64,000 nucleotides of DNA. Source: Candidatus Latescibacterota bacterium. Its GTDB lineage: Bacteria > Latescibacterota > UBA2968. The stretch lies in the NCBI GenBank assembly GCA_965207885.1, contig OZ242311.1:736001-800000 (forward strand). Direction: 5' to 3'. How positions within the stretch are numbered: position 1 is the first letter of the stretch; every line of letters begins with the position of its first letter. A model generated the notes under the pieces. It was given only the letters and a program-made list of their open reading frames with translations. It did no database searches and was not told where the DNA came from. Below, piece by piece: positions 9,645 through 19,326 of this stretch. Made by a program: the position numbers and the translations under genes.

Positions 9645-9857
9645 CTATACAGTCTCAACAGTTCGCGCCAGTTTTTTCCATTTCCCAAAGGCTTTCCAGT
9701 TGATGGTTTCGCGTTCACCATTGCAATTTAATATGCCTGCTTGCAAATATTCTCTAATTCGTCCTTTTACCTGTTGGGGAGATATGTTCAATTGTGTAGC
9801 AGCAACTTCTTCACCAATCCCAGCCTCCAGCAGTTTTAACAATGCCGTGTCGTCCAT
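9645..9857 (-). CDS. Small winged-helix/HTH-like protein
   Basis: EEVAATQLNISPQQVKGRIREYLQAGIL HTH-like pattern; RBS GAGGA; followed by terminator. Confidence 0.6.
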   Translation of the reverse strand: MDDTALLKLLEAGIGEEVAATQLNISPQQVKGRIREYLQAGILNCNGERETINWKAFGKWKKLARTVETV

Positions 9858-10162
9858 GGCAGGGTTCCTCAAGAGATGTGAAACACACTACACCGCTCTC
9901 TGATAGAAAGAGAGAATCGGAACGAATTGTAGAGGAAAAAAAGCGAGATACTCGGAAGGTGAGGAAGGGCACAGTTAGCAAAGATAGGGGAAGCTCTACA
10001 AAAGAATGGCTAATACCCGAAATTCCGCGTTCTCACTCAATATGCAATATAGTCATTCTCCACTTATATGCAAGGTAAATCATAAAGGTGAAGATATTGT
10101 TAATCCGCGATTCGTTGATGAACTGCTGGCGCAGTTGTACCCCGTTCCGTCTATTCGTTGAC

Positions 10163-11593
10163 TCAAACCGCAGGCAAGGACGCGTGGTCGTTTGTTTCGT
10201 GTTGCCACAGTCGAATGCGGGCTGCGATTTCCCGCGCCCGGTCGCGGTGCGCAGGGTCGTCGAAGAGGTTGGTTTCTTCATAGGGGTCGTTGTTCAGGTC
10301 GAATAATTCGCACTGGTCGCCGGCACATAAGTTGAGTTTCCACCGGTCTCCGGTTACGGCACAGCGCCAGGGCAAGGTTGACATGAGGTTGATTTTGGGA
10401 TTGCCCAGGTTGCGGTCGCCAATGCCGTTCCATTCCATGAATGCGGTGTGGTCGCGCAGGTCGGCATCGCCGTTTAAGACGTCGGCACACGGGCGGCCCG
10501 GGAGGGTTTCTAATAGTGGCTGATTGGCGAGTTCCACAAGGGTGGCGATCAGGTCCGCGTGTCCAAAGACGCCGTCGATACGCTTTTGCGATTGGGTGAG
10601 CCACGGGACGCTTAAGATCATGGGTACGCGCGCGGATTCTTCGTAGAATGCGCGTTTTTCGAACATGGCGTGGTCGCCTGCCATTTCACCGTGGTCGCTG
10701 GTGACGGCAAGGATGGTGTTTTCCATTTGTCCGGTTTCTTCCAGTGCCTGTACCATGCGGCCTATGGCGTCGTCGATGATTTTTACGTTGCCGTAGTATT
10801 GCGCCCGCAGTTTTCGCCAGGATTTTTCTTGTCGCATGTCATGACCTTCAACTCTGTTGCTGAGGTAGTGTTCTGCGCGCGCGCGGTTAAATAAGGCGTG
10901 TCCTTCTGATTTTTTCATAAAGGTGGGACCTACGGGTAGGGCATCGGGGTCGTACATGCCGTCGTAGGGGCCGGTCATTGGGGGGTGTGGCTCAAATGTG
11001 CTGAATACGAGGAGCCAGGGGCGGTCTGTGTTTTCCCGGATGAATCGCTCGGAGTGGTTGGCGATGAAGGTGCCCATCTGGTATTCTGCGGGGAGTTGGG
11101 ATCGCTGGCGCGGTGAGTAGATGATTTCTCCAGTGGCGCTGTTGTTTTGGGGTTCTATGCCCTGTTCTTTCATCCAGTAGTAATAGCTGCTGAAGGGCAG
11201 GCCAGGGCGGGAGTATTTGTTGCGGTGGTCGTCTTCTGTGCTGATCCATTCGTCGAATCCGTGTTGTCGCACGGAGTCGTCGCCGAGGTGCCATTTTCCA
11301 AACATGGCTTTTCGATAGGTGTCGGGTAGCATTTCTGCGATGGATGGGATTTCATCGCGCAATATGTCCCGGTTGACCATGCATTCGTGATTGTGCGGGT
11401 ACAGGCCCGTCATGAGGGATCCGCGCGCAGGGGTGCATACGGGTTGTGTGACGTAGGTGTTTTCAAAGACGAAGCTGCGCTCTGCCAATGCGTCTTGATG
11501 CGGCGATTGTATCCAGTCGTTGCCGTAACACCGCAGGGTGTCCGTGCGCTGTTGGTCGCTGATGAAGAGCAGGATGTTCGGTTGTTCTGCCAT
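10163..11593 (-). CDS. Sulfatase (formylglycine-dependent)
   Basis: PNILLFISDQQR, CTPAR, GKWHLG, SDHGE. Confidence 0.92.
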   Translation of the reverse strand: MAEQPNILLFISDQQRTDTLRCYGNDWIQSPHQDALAERSFVFENTYVTQPVCTPARGSLMTGLYPHNHECMVNRDILRDEIPSIAEMLPDTYRKAMFGKWHLGDDSVRQHGFDEWISTEDDHRNKYSRPGLPFSSYYYWMKEQGIEPQNNSATGEIIYSPRQRSQLPAEYQMGTFIANHSERFIRENTDRPWLLVFSTFEPHPPMTGPYDGMYDPDALPVGPTFMKKSEGHALFNRARAEHYLSNRVEGHDMRQEKSWRKLRAQYYGNVKIIDDAIGRMVQALEETGQMENTILAVTSDHGEMAGDHAMFEKRAFYEESARVPMILSVPWLTQSQKRIDGVFGHADLIATLVELANQPLLETLPGRPCADVLNGDADLRDHTAFMEWNGIGDRNLGNPKINLMSTLPWRCAVTGDRWKLNLCAGDQCELFDLNNDPYEETNLFDDPAHRDRAREIAARIRLWQHETNDHASLPAV

Positions 11594-11732
11594 GCGGTTA
11601 CTCCTTTTTGTGGGTGAGATAATTTGTGTAAATTTACACAAAAAATGATCCTATATCAAAGGTCATATTTTGTCGCCTGCTTTGCGAATTATTGTTTATA
11701 TTGTGCAGTCCATTTTTTTTGAGGAGAGCATT

Positions 11733-12257
11733 TTGCAGGTGTTAAGAGCATATATCCGATTTGTCGATGGATTAAACGAGCGCGTTGGGCGTGTTGTTTC
11801 GTGGCTTACTGCTGTGCTGGTGGCGGTGGTGTGTTACGATGTTTTTACCCGCTATGTGCTGAAGAATAGCCTGGTGGCTGTTCAGGAGTTGGAATGGCAT
11901 TTGTTCGCGCTCATTTTTCTTTTGGGCGCTGCGTATTCGCTCAAGCACGATCAACACGTGCGCGTGGATGTGTTTTATAGCCGGTTTTCTCCGCGCAAAC
12001 AGGCGTGGGTGAATTTGATTGGTAGTGTTCTGTTTTTGATTCCGTTTTGCGTTATTGTGATTGTGAGTTCGCGGTATTTTGTGGTTAGTGCTTTCCACAT
12101 TGGGGAGACGTCACCCGATCCGGGAGGCCTACCCGCGCGTTGGGTGCTCAAGGCGGCTATTCCACTGGGTTTTGTTCTGCTTTTGCTACAGGGCCTAAGT
12201 CTGGCGTGTCGGTCTTTGCTTTCCGTCCTGGGGCACGATGAGGAGGTGGATGGATGA
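11733..12257 (+). CDS. TRAP transporter small permease (DctQ)
   Basis: QELEWHLF, HVRVDVFY; RBS GAGGAG before TTG. Confidence 0.88.
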   Translation: MQVLRAYIRFVDGLNERVGRVVSWLTAVLVAVVCYDVFTRYVLKNSLVAVQELEWHLFALIFLLGAAYSLKHDQHVRVDVFYSRFSPRKQAWVNLIGSVLFLIPFCVIVIVSSRYFVVSAFHIGETSPDPGGLPARWVLKAAIPLGFVLLLLQGLSLACRSLLSVLGHDEEVDG

Positions 12258-13573
12258 TTGAGGCGATGCCCCTGATTCTGTTTGGCGTTCTTTTTCTTCT
12301 TCTTTTGATCGGTTTTCCCGTTGCGTTTACGCTGGGTGGCGTTTCTTTTATTCTGGGCTATTTGACGTTTGGTCCGGCTTTTTTCAATCTTTTGCCCTTG
12401 CGTATCTGGGGTGTGATGACGAATTACGTGCTGATTGCCGTGCCTTTGTTTGTGTTTATGGGGGTGATGCTGGAGAAGTCCGGGCTGGCTGAGAATTTGC
12501 TGGAGACGATGGCGTTGCTTTTTGGGCATTTGCGCGGTGGACTGGCGATTTCTGTGGTTGCTGTGGGGGCGCTGTTCGGGGCTTCTACGGGGATTGTGGG
12601 CGCGACTGTGGTTACGATGGGTTTGCTGAGTTTGCCGACGATGCTGAAGCGGGGATACCGCCCCGAGGTTGCCGCAGGGACGATTTCAGCGTCGGGTACG
12701 CTGGGGCAGATTATTCCGCCGAGTATTGTGCTGGTGCTATTGGGTAGTGTGCTGAATGTTCCGATTGGGGATATGTTTGTGGGTGCTGTGTTGCCCGGGT
12801 TTATTCTGGTTGGTTTTTATGCGGTTTATCTGATTCTGGTTGCGATTTTTAAATCCGAGTGGGTACCGGCAATGCCAGAGGAGGAGCTCGCGCAATTTCA
12901 CGGCAGGGCGATGGTGAAGCGCGTTTTGCAGGCGTTTGTTCTGCCGGCTGTTCTGGTTGTTGCGGTGCTGGGTTCTATTTTTGCGGGGGTTGCTTCGCCT
13001 ACCGAGGCGGCAGCCGTGGGTGCGTTTGGCGCGACGCTTTTGACGGTGTTGCAAAAGCGGTTTTCATATCGGACGCTGAAGTCGGTGATGGTGGAGACGA
13101 CGCATCTGACGTGTATGGTTTTTCTTATTCTGGTGGGGGCTACGGCGTTTGGTCTGGTGTTTCGCGGTATGCACGGGGATGCGTATTTGACGAATCTGAT
13201 TCTGTCGGCGAATATGAGTCCGGGGGCGTTTCTCGCGCTTGTGATGGTTATGATTTTTGTGGCGGGATTTTTTATCGATTTTATCGAGATTACGTTTATT
13301 ATTGTTCCGGTTGTGGCGCCTATTTTTGTGACGTTGGGGGTGGATCCTCTGTGGTTGGGTATTTTGATTGCGATGAATTTGCAGACTTCTTTTTTGACGC
13401 CGCCGTTTGGTTTTGCGCTTTTTTATCTGAAGGGGGTCGCGCCGCCCGAGGTCCGCACGGGCCATATTTATCGGGGGATTATTCCGTTTATTATTATTCA
13501 GCTTATTGGGCTGGCGCTGGTTATTACGTTTCCCGAGATGGCGACGTCTTTGCCAAAATATTTGGGGGGATAG
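12254..13573 (+). CDS. TRAP transporter large permease (DctM)
   Basis: GTLGQIIPPS, ASPTEAAAVG, NLQTSFLTPPFG. Confidence 0.92.
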   Translation: MIEAMPLILFGVLFLLLLIGFPVAFTLGGVSFILGYLTFGPAFFNLLPLRIWGVMTNYVLIAVPLFVFMGVMLEKSGLAENLLETMALLFGHLRGGLAISVVAVGALFGASTGIVGATVVTMGLLSLPTMLKRGYRPEVAAGTISASGTLGQIIPPSIVLVLLGSVLNVPIGDMFVGAVLPGFILVGFYAVYLILVAIFKSEWVPAMPEEELAQFHGRAMVKRVLQAFVLPAVLVVAVLGSIFAGVASPTEAAAVGAFGATLLTVLQKRFSYRTLKSVMVETTHLTCMVFLILVGATAFGLVFRGMHGDAYLTNLILSANMSPGAFLALVMVMIFVAGFFIDFIEITFIIVPVVAPIFVTLGVDPLWLGILIAMNLQTSFLTPPFGFALFYLKGVAPPEVRTGHIYRGIIPFIIIQLIGLALVITFPEMATSLPKYLGG

Positions 13574-13649
13574 AAGTGTGAAGGAGGAAGTGTGAAGGAG
13601 GAAGGGGGAGGGTGGCTTTCTAACTTCTACCTTCTCACTTCACACTTCA

Positions 13650-14759
13650 TCATGCACTCAAGTTCTCGTAATAGATTTTTTCCGATATCGCCGCCCAGCC
13701 GTGCATTTTTTTGCGAAATGATTCATATGCTTCATATACTTTTTTGCTCATGGCATCGGCTGCGACGAGTTCATCTATGACTTCTCTGGCGTATTTTTGA
13801 AGTATGTCGAGGACTTCGTCGGGGAATTTTTTCAGTATGACGTTGTGGTCTTTTATGAGGGTTTGCAGGTGCGCGTTGTTTTTGGCTTCAAATTCCGATA
13901 GTGCCCAGGCATTTGCGCGCGCTGCGGCGGTTCGCACGATGTCTTGCAGGTTTTTGGGCAGGGTTTGATATGCGGATTTGTTGACGATGAGTTCTATGAC
14001 GGTGCCGGGTTCGTGCCAGCCGGGATAATAATAGTATTTGGCGGCTTTGTAAAAGCCCATGAGTGTGTCGTGATAGGGTCCGATCCATTCGGTTGCGTCG
14101 ATGACGCCGCGTTCGAGGTTGGTGAAAATTTCTGCGCCGGCTGATAAGATAGCGGATCCGCCGGCTTTGGAGATGACTTTGCCGCCGAGGCCCGGGATGC
14201 GCATTTTGAGGCCCTGAAGGTCGCTTGTGGCGTTGATTTCGCGGTTGAACCAGCCGCCCATTTGCACGCCGGTGTTGCCTGCGGGGATGGGGATGAGGTT
14301 AAATGGGGCGTAGAGTTCTTCCCATAAGGCGAGGCCTCCGCCGCTGGTGATCCAGGCGTTCATTTGTTGGGCGTTCATGCCAAAGGGTACAGAGGCAAAG
14401 AATTGGGTTGCCTGCGCTTTTCCCGCCCAGTAATACGCGGCGCCGTGACACATTTCCGCGGTTCCCGCGCTGACGGCGTCAAAGCCTTCGAGGGGGGGTA
14501 TGAGTTCGCCGCCGCCATAGACCTGTATTTTGAGCTGGCCTTCGGACATTTCTTCTGTCCATTTGGCGATGTGTTCAGCGGATTCTCCCAGGATGGGGAA
14601 GTGCGGCGGCCAGGTTGTGACCATTTTCCATTCGTATTTTTTGCGCGTTTGTACAGCGGGTGCCCCGGTTTCCTGGGGGGATGCACAGCCCGCCAATAGC
14701 GCAGCACCGCCGGCAAGTCCGGCTTTTTTTATGAAGTCGCGTCGTTTTACTCGTTCCAT
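13650..14759 (-). CDS. TRAP substrate-binding protein (DctP/TakP), Tat lipoprotein
   Basis: KRRDFIK twin-arginine plus LAGC; GNTGVQMGGWF, KMRIPGLGG, YYYPGWHEPG. Confidence 0.92.
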   Translation of the reverse strand: MERVKRRDFIKKAGLAGGAALLAGCASPQETGAPAVQTRKKYEWKMVTTWPPHFPILGESAEHIAKWTEEMSEGQLKIQVYGGGELIPPLEGFDAVSAGTAEMCHGAAYYWAGKAQATQFFASVPFGMNAQQMNAWITSGGGLALWEELYAPFNLIPIPAGNTGVQMGGWFNREINATSDLQGLKMRIPGLGGKVISKAGGSAILSAGAEIFTNLERGVIDATEWIGPYHDTLMGFYKAAKYYYYPGWHEPGTVIELIVNKSAYQTLPKNLQDIVRTAAARANAWALSEFEAKNNAHLQTLIKDHNVILKKFPDEVLDILQKYAREVIDELVAADAMSKKVYEAYESFRKKMHGWAAISEKIYYENLSA

Positions 14760-14839
14760 TGTGTCTCCGATGTGTCTCCGATTTAATTGAGGGTTTTGTA
14801 CAAATCAAATTATACACCCTCTCAATATAAATAAAAAAT

Positions 14840-16036
14840 CATAGTACACGACAAAACCTAAATCGGGTTAAAATCTGGCGGATTAATCAGTAAACGAATG
14901 CATTTGAGGAACTGCTGGGCTTGTTGGTGTATATTGAGCAGGACATACTGCAAATAGTCCAACCCATATCGGAAGAGACTTTTTTCCATCCGTCCGTGGT
15001 TTTTGACCTTCAAAGGTTTTGTAAGGGCGATCCATTCGCCGATGATATGGGCCCAGGTGCAGGCAATAGCCAAAAGCGCGATGAGTTTTTCAATGCGATC
15101 TTGATGTATAAGGTGGGTCTCTTCCAGATTAAATCCTCGACTTTTCAAATTTGCAAAAAGGACTTCAATGCCCCAACGTTTTTTATACACCTCCAATGCG
15201 ACTTGACGTTGTTGGTTGCTTGCAAGAATGAGGTATTGATCCTTCAATCTTAGTGCAGACACATACACAGGTAGGTCATAAACGCGGCGAGGTCTTTGTA
15301 GGCTGACCTGCTGATGGATGTGCAAATTTTCAAAGAGTTTTTTTATGGGTATCTCTCTATCTGCCCTTGAGACAAGGGCATTTTCCTTGATGCGGATGAC
15401 AAAAGGGATGTTTTGTGTGTCTAACCACGCAAACCATTCTCTTCCAATGAATTCTCTATCTGCCAATACAACGCGGATATGAGACTTGGGAATGCGCGTA
15501 AGCACCTGTTTCATCAAATTGATACGCTCATCACTATTGGAATTGCCTCGTTTTTTTAACAAGTGCCAACACATAGGAAAGGCGACCCCTTCATAGATAA
15601 TGCCTGCGGTTAGGATGTTGATATTGAATTTGCCTAACTTCCAATTAGTGCGATCTATTGAGACTGCAAAATCGGTCTTTATAGGTAATAAGTGCAAGAT
15701 CAGTCGCGTCACGGCTTCATAAGGAATGTCAAACTCAGCGAAAAAACGCTGTATCCTGCGGTAATTTGATTGCGGTTTGACCTGTCCATTTAGCGCATTA
15801 GCCAATTTGGCGAAGTTGACCCTGCTCAGCTTGACCAAAGACAAGATGAAGGCCGCTGTGAAAGTGATGCGTGCTTTATGCCACCCAAAATGGCCTTGCA
15901 ATACATGGTGAAGTTGTATAACTTGACGAGACATAGACCTGTGCCTTGTTGAGATGAGAAGGTTCGTTTTCACACATTCAAACCTAACTCTTTTTCACGT
16001 TTTGCACAGGTCTTTTATTTTTTGTCGTGTACTTTA
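14840..16036 (-). mobile_element. IS4-family insertion sequence, copy 1
   Basis: TIRs CATAGTACACGACAAAA (14840) / TTTTGTCGTGTACttta (to 16036); imperfect 9-bp TSD ATAAAAAAT/ATAAAACAT. Confidence 0.85.
14858..15973 (-). CDS. IS4-family DDE transposase
   Basis: YRRIQRFF, IDRTNW, ADREF, YKKRWGIEVLFANLK (Y-R-E-K motif). Confidence 0.92.
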   Translation of the reverse strand: MKTNLLISTRHRSMSRQVIQLHHVLQGHFGWHKARITFTAAFILSLVKLSRVNFAKLANALNGQVKPQSNYRRIQRFFAEFDIPYEAVTRLILHLLPIKTDFAVSIDRTNWKLGKFNINILTAGIIYEGVAFPMCWHLLKKRGNSNSDERINLMKQVLTRIPKSHIRVVLADREFIGREWFAWLDTQNIPFVIRIKENALVSRADREIPIKKLFENLHIHQQVSLQRPRRVYDLPVYVSALRLKDQYLILASNQQRQVALEVYKKRWGIEVLFANLKSRGFNLEETHLIHQDRIEKLIALLAIACTWAHIIGEWIALTKPLKVKNHGRMEKSLFRYGLDYLQYVLLNIHQQAQQFLKCIRLLINPPDFNPI

Positions 16037-16102
16037 ATAAAACATAGAAAAAGTTTGAACCTTTTGGCATAATAGGATAAATCAAAATTTTTTTGTCCGC
16101 TC

Positions 16103-16132
16103 TTGACAAGTGTAACCGTATATGGTTACATT
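16103..16132 (+). promoter_or_regulatory. Sigma70 promoter with palindromic operator of the TA module
   Basis: TTGACA-N18-TACATT overlapping palindrome TGTAACC-gtatat-GGTTACA; ATG follows 5 nt later (leaderless). Confidence 0.7.
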
Positions 16133-16137
16133 TAAGA

Positions 16138-16332
16138 ATGGGTAGAATTCGGCGAGGAAATTTCATTTTTGTGTTTTGGGCTGGCGACCATCCCCCAAGA
16201 CACGTTCACGTCTATCGGTCGGGTAAGCTGGTCGTTAAATGGGATTTGGAAAATAATAGGGCGATGAAGGGAAAGCCGACGGGTCAAATTTTAAAATATA
16301 TACGAGAATTGCAAGATAGGGGAGCGCTTTGA
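16138..16332 (+). CDS. DUF4160-like putative toxin
   Basis: DHPPRHVHV motif, 64 aa, overlaps partner gene. Confidence 0.7.
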   Translation: MGRIRRGNFIFVFWAGDHPPRHVHVYRSGKLVVKWDLENNRAMKGKPTGQILKYIRELQDRGAL

Positions 16333-16802
16333 AAATTCGAAAAGTTGTGCCGAATAATCGGAAGAAGGCTTTTGAGGTTCACACGTACAATAATACCTAT
16401 CTGTTTCCCTATGCGGTTGTGCGACCAATACCGCAAAAAGGGCGCTGGGTTGTCAAAGTTTATGTCGATTCCGAGTTGGATAATGAAGGGTTTGTCTATG
16501 TGCTCGCTTCTGGAGATGAGGGGACGGTTCATATCGATCATGTGCTCGAATACAATCGCGATCCCGGTTATATGGCAGATTTGTTGCTCTATGAGTTGAC
16601 GTGCCGGGTTCGGGAGGCTGTGGAGAAGTCGCCGTTGAGTACCCGTGAGATTATTCGTCGGCTGGGTACATCACCCGCGCAATACTATCGTCTTCTGGAC
16701 CAGACCAATTATCGCAAATCCGTTCGGCAAATGTTCGCGTTATTTCATATTGTGAACTGTAAGGTCGAATTTGTGGTAGAAGCTGATTGCTTTGTCAAAT
16801 AA
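16329..16802 (+). CDS. Putative antitoxin with C-terminal HTH
   Basis: TTGA overlap; LSTREIIRRLGTSPAQYYRLLD HTH. Confidence 0.7.
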   Translation: MKIRKVVPNNRKKAFEVHTYNNTYLFPYAVVRPIPQKGRWVVKVYVDSELDNEGFVYVLASGDEGTVHIDHVLEYNRDPGYMADLLLYELTCRVREAVEKSPLSTREIIRRLGTSPAQYYRLLDQTNYRKSVRQMFALFHIVNCKVEFVVEADCFVK

Positions 16803-17028
16803 GTTTTTTGCGTTAATCCACTGGACTCCTGCTTTCGCAGGAGTGACGAACGCTGGTTGTCATTGCGGCATGATGTTGAGCCGCAATCCAGTCTATCGGA
16901 AAAACATATCAGTAAATTTTTTTGACAGACTATGATGTTACGCAGTAAAAAAGTTTGAACCTTTTGATACAACAGGTGTATGCTATGGATAGAGACGCGC
17001 AGGTAAATCACGTATTGTTTGGTTTTTT

Positions 17029-17616
17029 ATGTTCCTGAAAAAATATCACACGCTTTCCGATGAAAAGCTCATGTCCCGCATTCAGCGGGGCGATACGGCC
17101 GCTTTTGACGAACTCTATACCCGATATAGCAAGCGGATGCTTTATTATTTTCATCGCATGCTGGGGGGGGACGAGGAGAAGGCGCAGGATTTTTTGCAGG
17201 ATTTGTTTTTGAAAATTGTCGAGAAGCCCGCCCGTTTTAAGCGGGGGAATGCGTTTGCGTCCTGGCTTTATACGGTTGCACACAATATGTGCAAGAATGA
17301 GTATCGCAAGCAGAGTGTGCGGAAGGTTGTGGTTAATGATCCCGATATCGATATGCATTGTGGGTGGGTTGATGGTGCTTATGCCATAGAAAAGGCGTGC
17401 GATGAACGGGCTTTTTTGCGCGCGCTGATGGATGAACTGGATAAGCTCAGTGTGGATCAGCGCACGACGTTTTTATTGCGGCATCAGGAGTGTCGCAGTA
17501 TTCGAGAGATTAGCGAGATTCTCCAGTGTCCCGAGGGGACGGTTAAATCGAGGCTGCACCATGTTACGCAGAAGCTGGCAGAAAGACTTCAGGGGCGAAA
17601 TTCCCTGTGTGGATGA
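17029..17616 (+). CDS. ECF sigma-70 factor
   Basis: AFDELY.RY, AQDFLQDLFLK, FASWLYTVAHN, EISEILQCPEGTVKSRL. Confidence 0.92.
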   Translation: MFLKKYHTLSDEKLMSRIQRGDTAAFDELYTRYSKRMLYYFHRMLGGDEEKAQDFLQDLFLKIVEKPARFKRGNAFASWLYTVAHNMCKNEYRKQSVRKVVVNDPDIDMHCGWVDGAYAIEKACDERAFLRALMDELDKLSVDQRTTFLLRHQECRSIREISEILQCPEGTVKSRLHHVTQKLAERLQGRNSLCG

Positions 17617-17626
17617 GGAGATGGAT

Positions 17627-18037
17627 ATGAGGCGGGTTATTCCGTTTAAAAGGAAAGAGAATGTGGATGAGTTGCTGAGCCAGGTGCTCGTGGTTCCCAG
17701 GTCCGGCGGTCTTGAACCCGATCCGGCGATTCGCAATGCTGTTGTTGCTCAGATGTCTGCACGAGAACGCGGTGGGTTCAATGTGTTGCGTTCTTTCAGG
17801 TTTTCGGTGCGCTTGCCCGTTTATCAGATGGCTTTTGCGATGGGGATTGTCCTGTTTGCTGTTTTGGGTATCCGCCAGTCGCAGCCCGATCCCGCGACGA
17901 CAGGGTCCCCCGAATCGCCAGTTGCGGTTATGGATACGAGCCGGACCGATTCTCCCCGGGTTTCGTTTTCGGATACGCTCTCACAACGCGCTATTACTAC
18001 TATTTTTTCCGCTTCGAGTCCTGTAGATAGTCTTTGA
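17627..18037 (+). CDS. Putative membrane anti-sigma factor
   Basis: Directly after ECF gene, RBS GAGGAG, one TM helix. Confidence 0.6.
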   Translation: MRRVIPFKRKENVDELLSQVLVVPRSGGLEPDPAIRNAVVAQMSARERGGFNVLRSFRFSVRLPVYQMAFAMGIVLFAVLGIRQSQPDPATTGSPESPVAVMDTSRTDSPRVSFSDTLSQRAITTIFSASSPVDSL

Positions 18038-18038
18038 T

Positions 18039-19136
18039 TTAGAAGACGATCAGGCCTCGCGCGACTTCTCCAGCCGCCAGCGCGTCAAAGGCTTCGTTGG
18101 CTCCTTCGAGATCAAATCGCCGGGTTACGAGTTCGTCGATTTTTAGTTTTCCAGCGAGGTAGAGTTCTACCATGCGCGGGAAGTCGTCATAGATTCTCGC
18201 ACTTCCATACCTGCAGCCGCGCAGGATGCGTTCGTTGGACTGGAGGCTGCCGGTGTCAAATGTGACGGTGGAACCGGTGGGAGGCAGGCCGATGAGCAAG
18301 CACTGGCCCCTGGATGCGAGACAGTCCCAGGCTTGATTGATGACTTGCGCGTTGCCGACTGCTACAAATGAATAATCCGCGCCGCGTCCGGTGAGGTCTT
18401 TTATGGCTTCGACCGGATTTTCTTTGCTGGCGTCTATGGTGTGTGTTGCGCCAAAGGATTTCGCGTATTCCAGTTTGGCGGGGTTGATATCGACTGCTAT
18501 GATGGGGTGTGCCTGTACCAGGGTTCCGCCCTGTATGACGTTGAGGCCAATTCCCCCGGTGCCGAATACGGCCATGCTCGCTCCGGGCGTTACGGCTGCT
18601 GTGTTGATGACGGAGCCTACGCCGGTCATGACGGAGCAGCCGATTAAGGCGGCTACTTCGAGGGGCATGTCTTCCCGGATGGGGACGGCACAAGAGGCGG
18701 GCATGACGGAATATGAGGCGTAGCTACACGCGGGTCCGTAATGGTACACGGTTTGGCCTTTTATTTTCATTCTGGATGTGCCGTCCATTAATACGCCTTT
18801 GCCCGGTGGGGTGCGTTCACACAGGTGCGATAGTCCGGTTGCGCAGTAGTGACAGCGCCCGCATGTCGATGCCCAGGATAGGATGACGTGGTCGCCGGGT
18901 TTTACGTGTCGAACGCCGGGTCCCACTTCTTCGACGATTCCAGCCCCTTCATCGCCGAGTACCATGGGCATTGGATATCCGGTCCAGCTGCCATCTACGA
19001 CGTGCAAACAACTGTGACATACGCCAGTGGCGGTCATGCGTACCATGACTTCGTCTTCTTTCGGTCCTTCCAGGTCCAGGTCCGCTACTTCCAGCGGTCT
19101 TCCCGGCTCATAGAGTAGCGATGCTTGCATTTTCAT
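18039..19136 (-). CDS. Zn-dependent alcohol dehydrogenase (MDR, class III-like)
   Basis: GVCHS, GDEGAG, CGRCHYC, GCSVMTG, GTGGIG. Confidence 0.92.
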   Translation of the reverse strand: MKMQASLLYEPGRPLEVADLDLEGPKEDEVMVRMTATGVCHSCLHVVDGSWTGYPMPMVLGDEGAGIVEEVGPGVRHVKPGDHVILSWASTCGRCHYCATGLSHLCERTPPGKGVLMDGTSRMKIKGQTVYHYGPACSYASYSVMPASCAVPIREDMPLEVAALIGCSVMTGVGSVINTAAVTPGASMAVFGTGGIGLNVIQGGTLVQAHPIIAVDINPAKLEYAKSFGATHTIDASKENPVEAIKDLTGRGADYSFVAVGNAQVINQAWDCLASRGQCLLIGLPPTGSTVTFDTGSLQSNERILRGCRYGSARIYDDFPRMVELYLAGKLKIDELVTRRFDLEGANEAFDALAAGEVARGLIVF

Positions 19137-19326
19137 GGGGTGTCTCCTTAAAAAATGATGTGTTTCTTGTTTTAATTCATGCCTATCAACAGAGCCGTCA
19201 TCGCGGCATGTTTTTAGCCGCGATCCAGAAGGTTTTATCTGCCTTTGATTTCGCCTTTGATTTTGCCTTTCATCCTGTCCATCCTTTCATCCTGCCCATC
19301 CTGATTCAGACTGTGGTTGACTTCCC

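Noticed and set aside
14760-14781. 11-bp tandem duplication TGTGTCTCCGA upstream of dctP
   Set aside because: A simple duplication of the RBS region with no further structure
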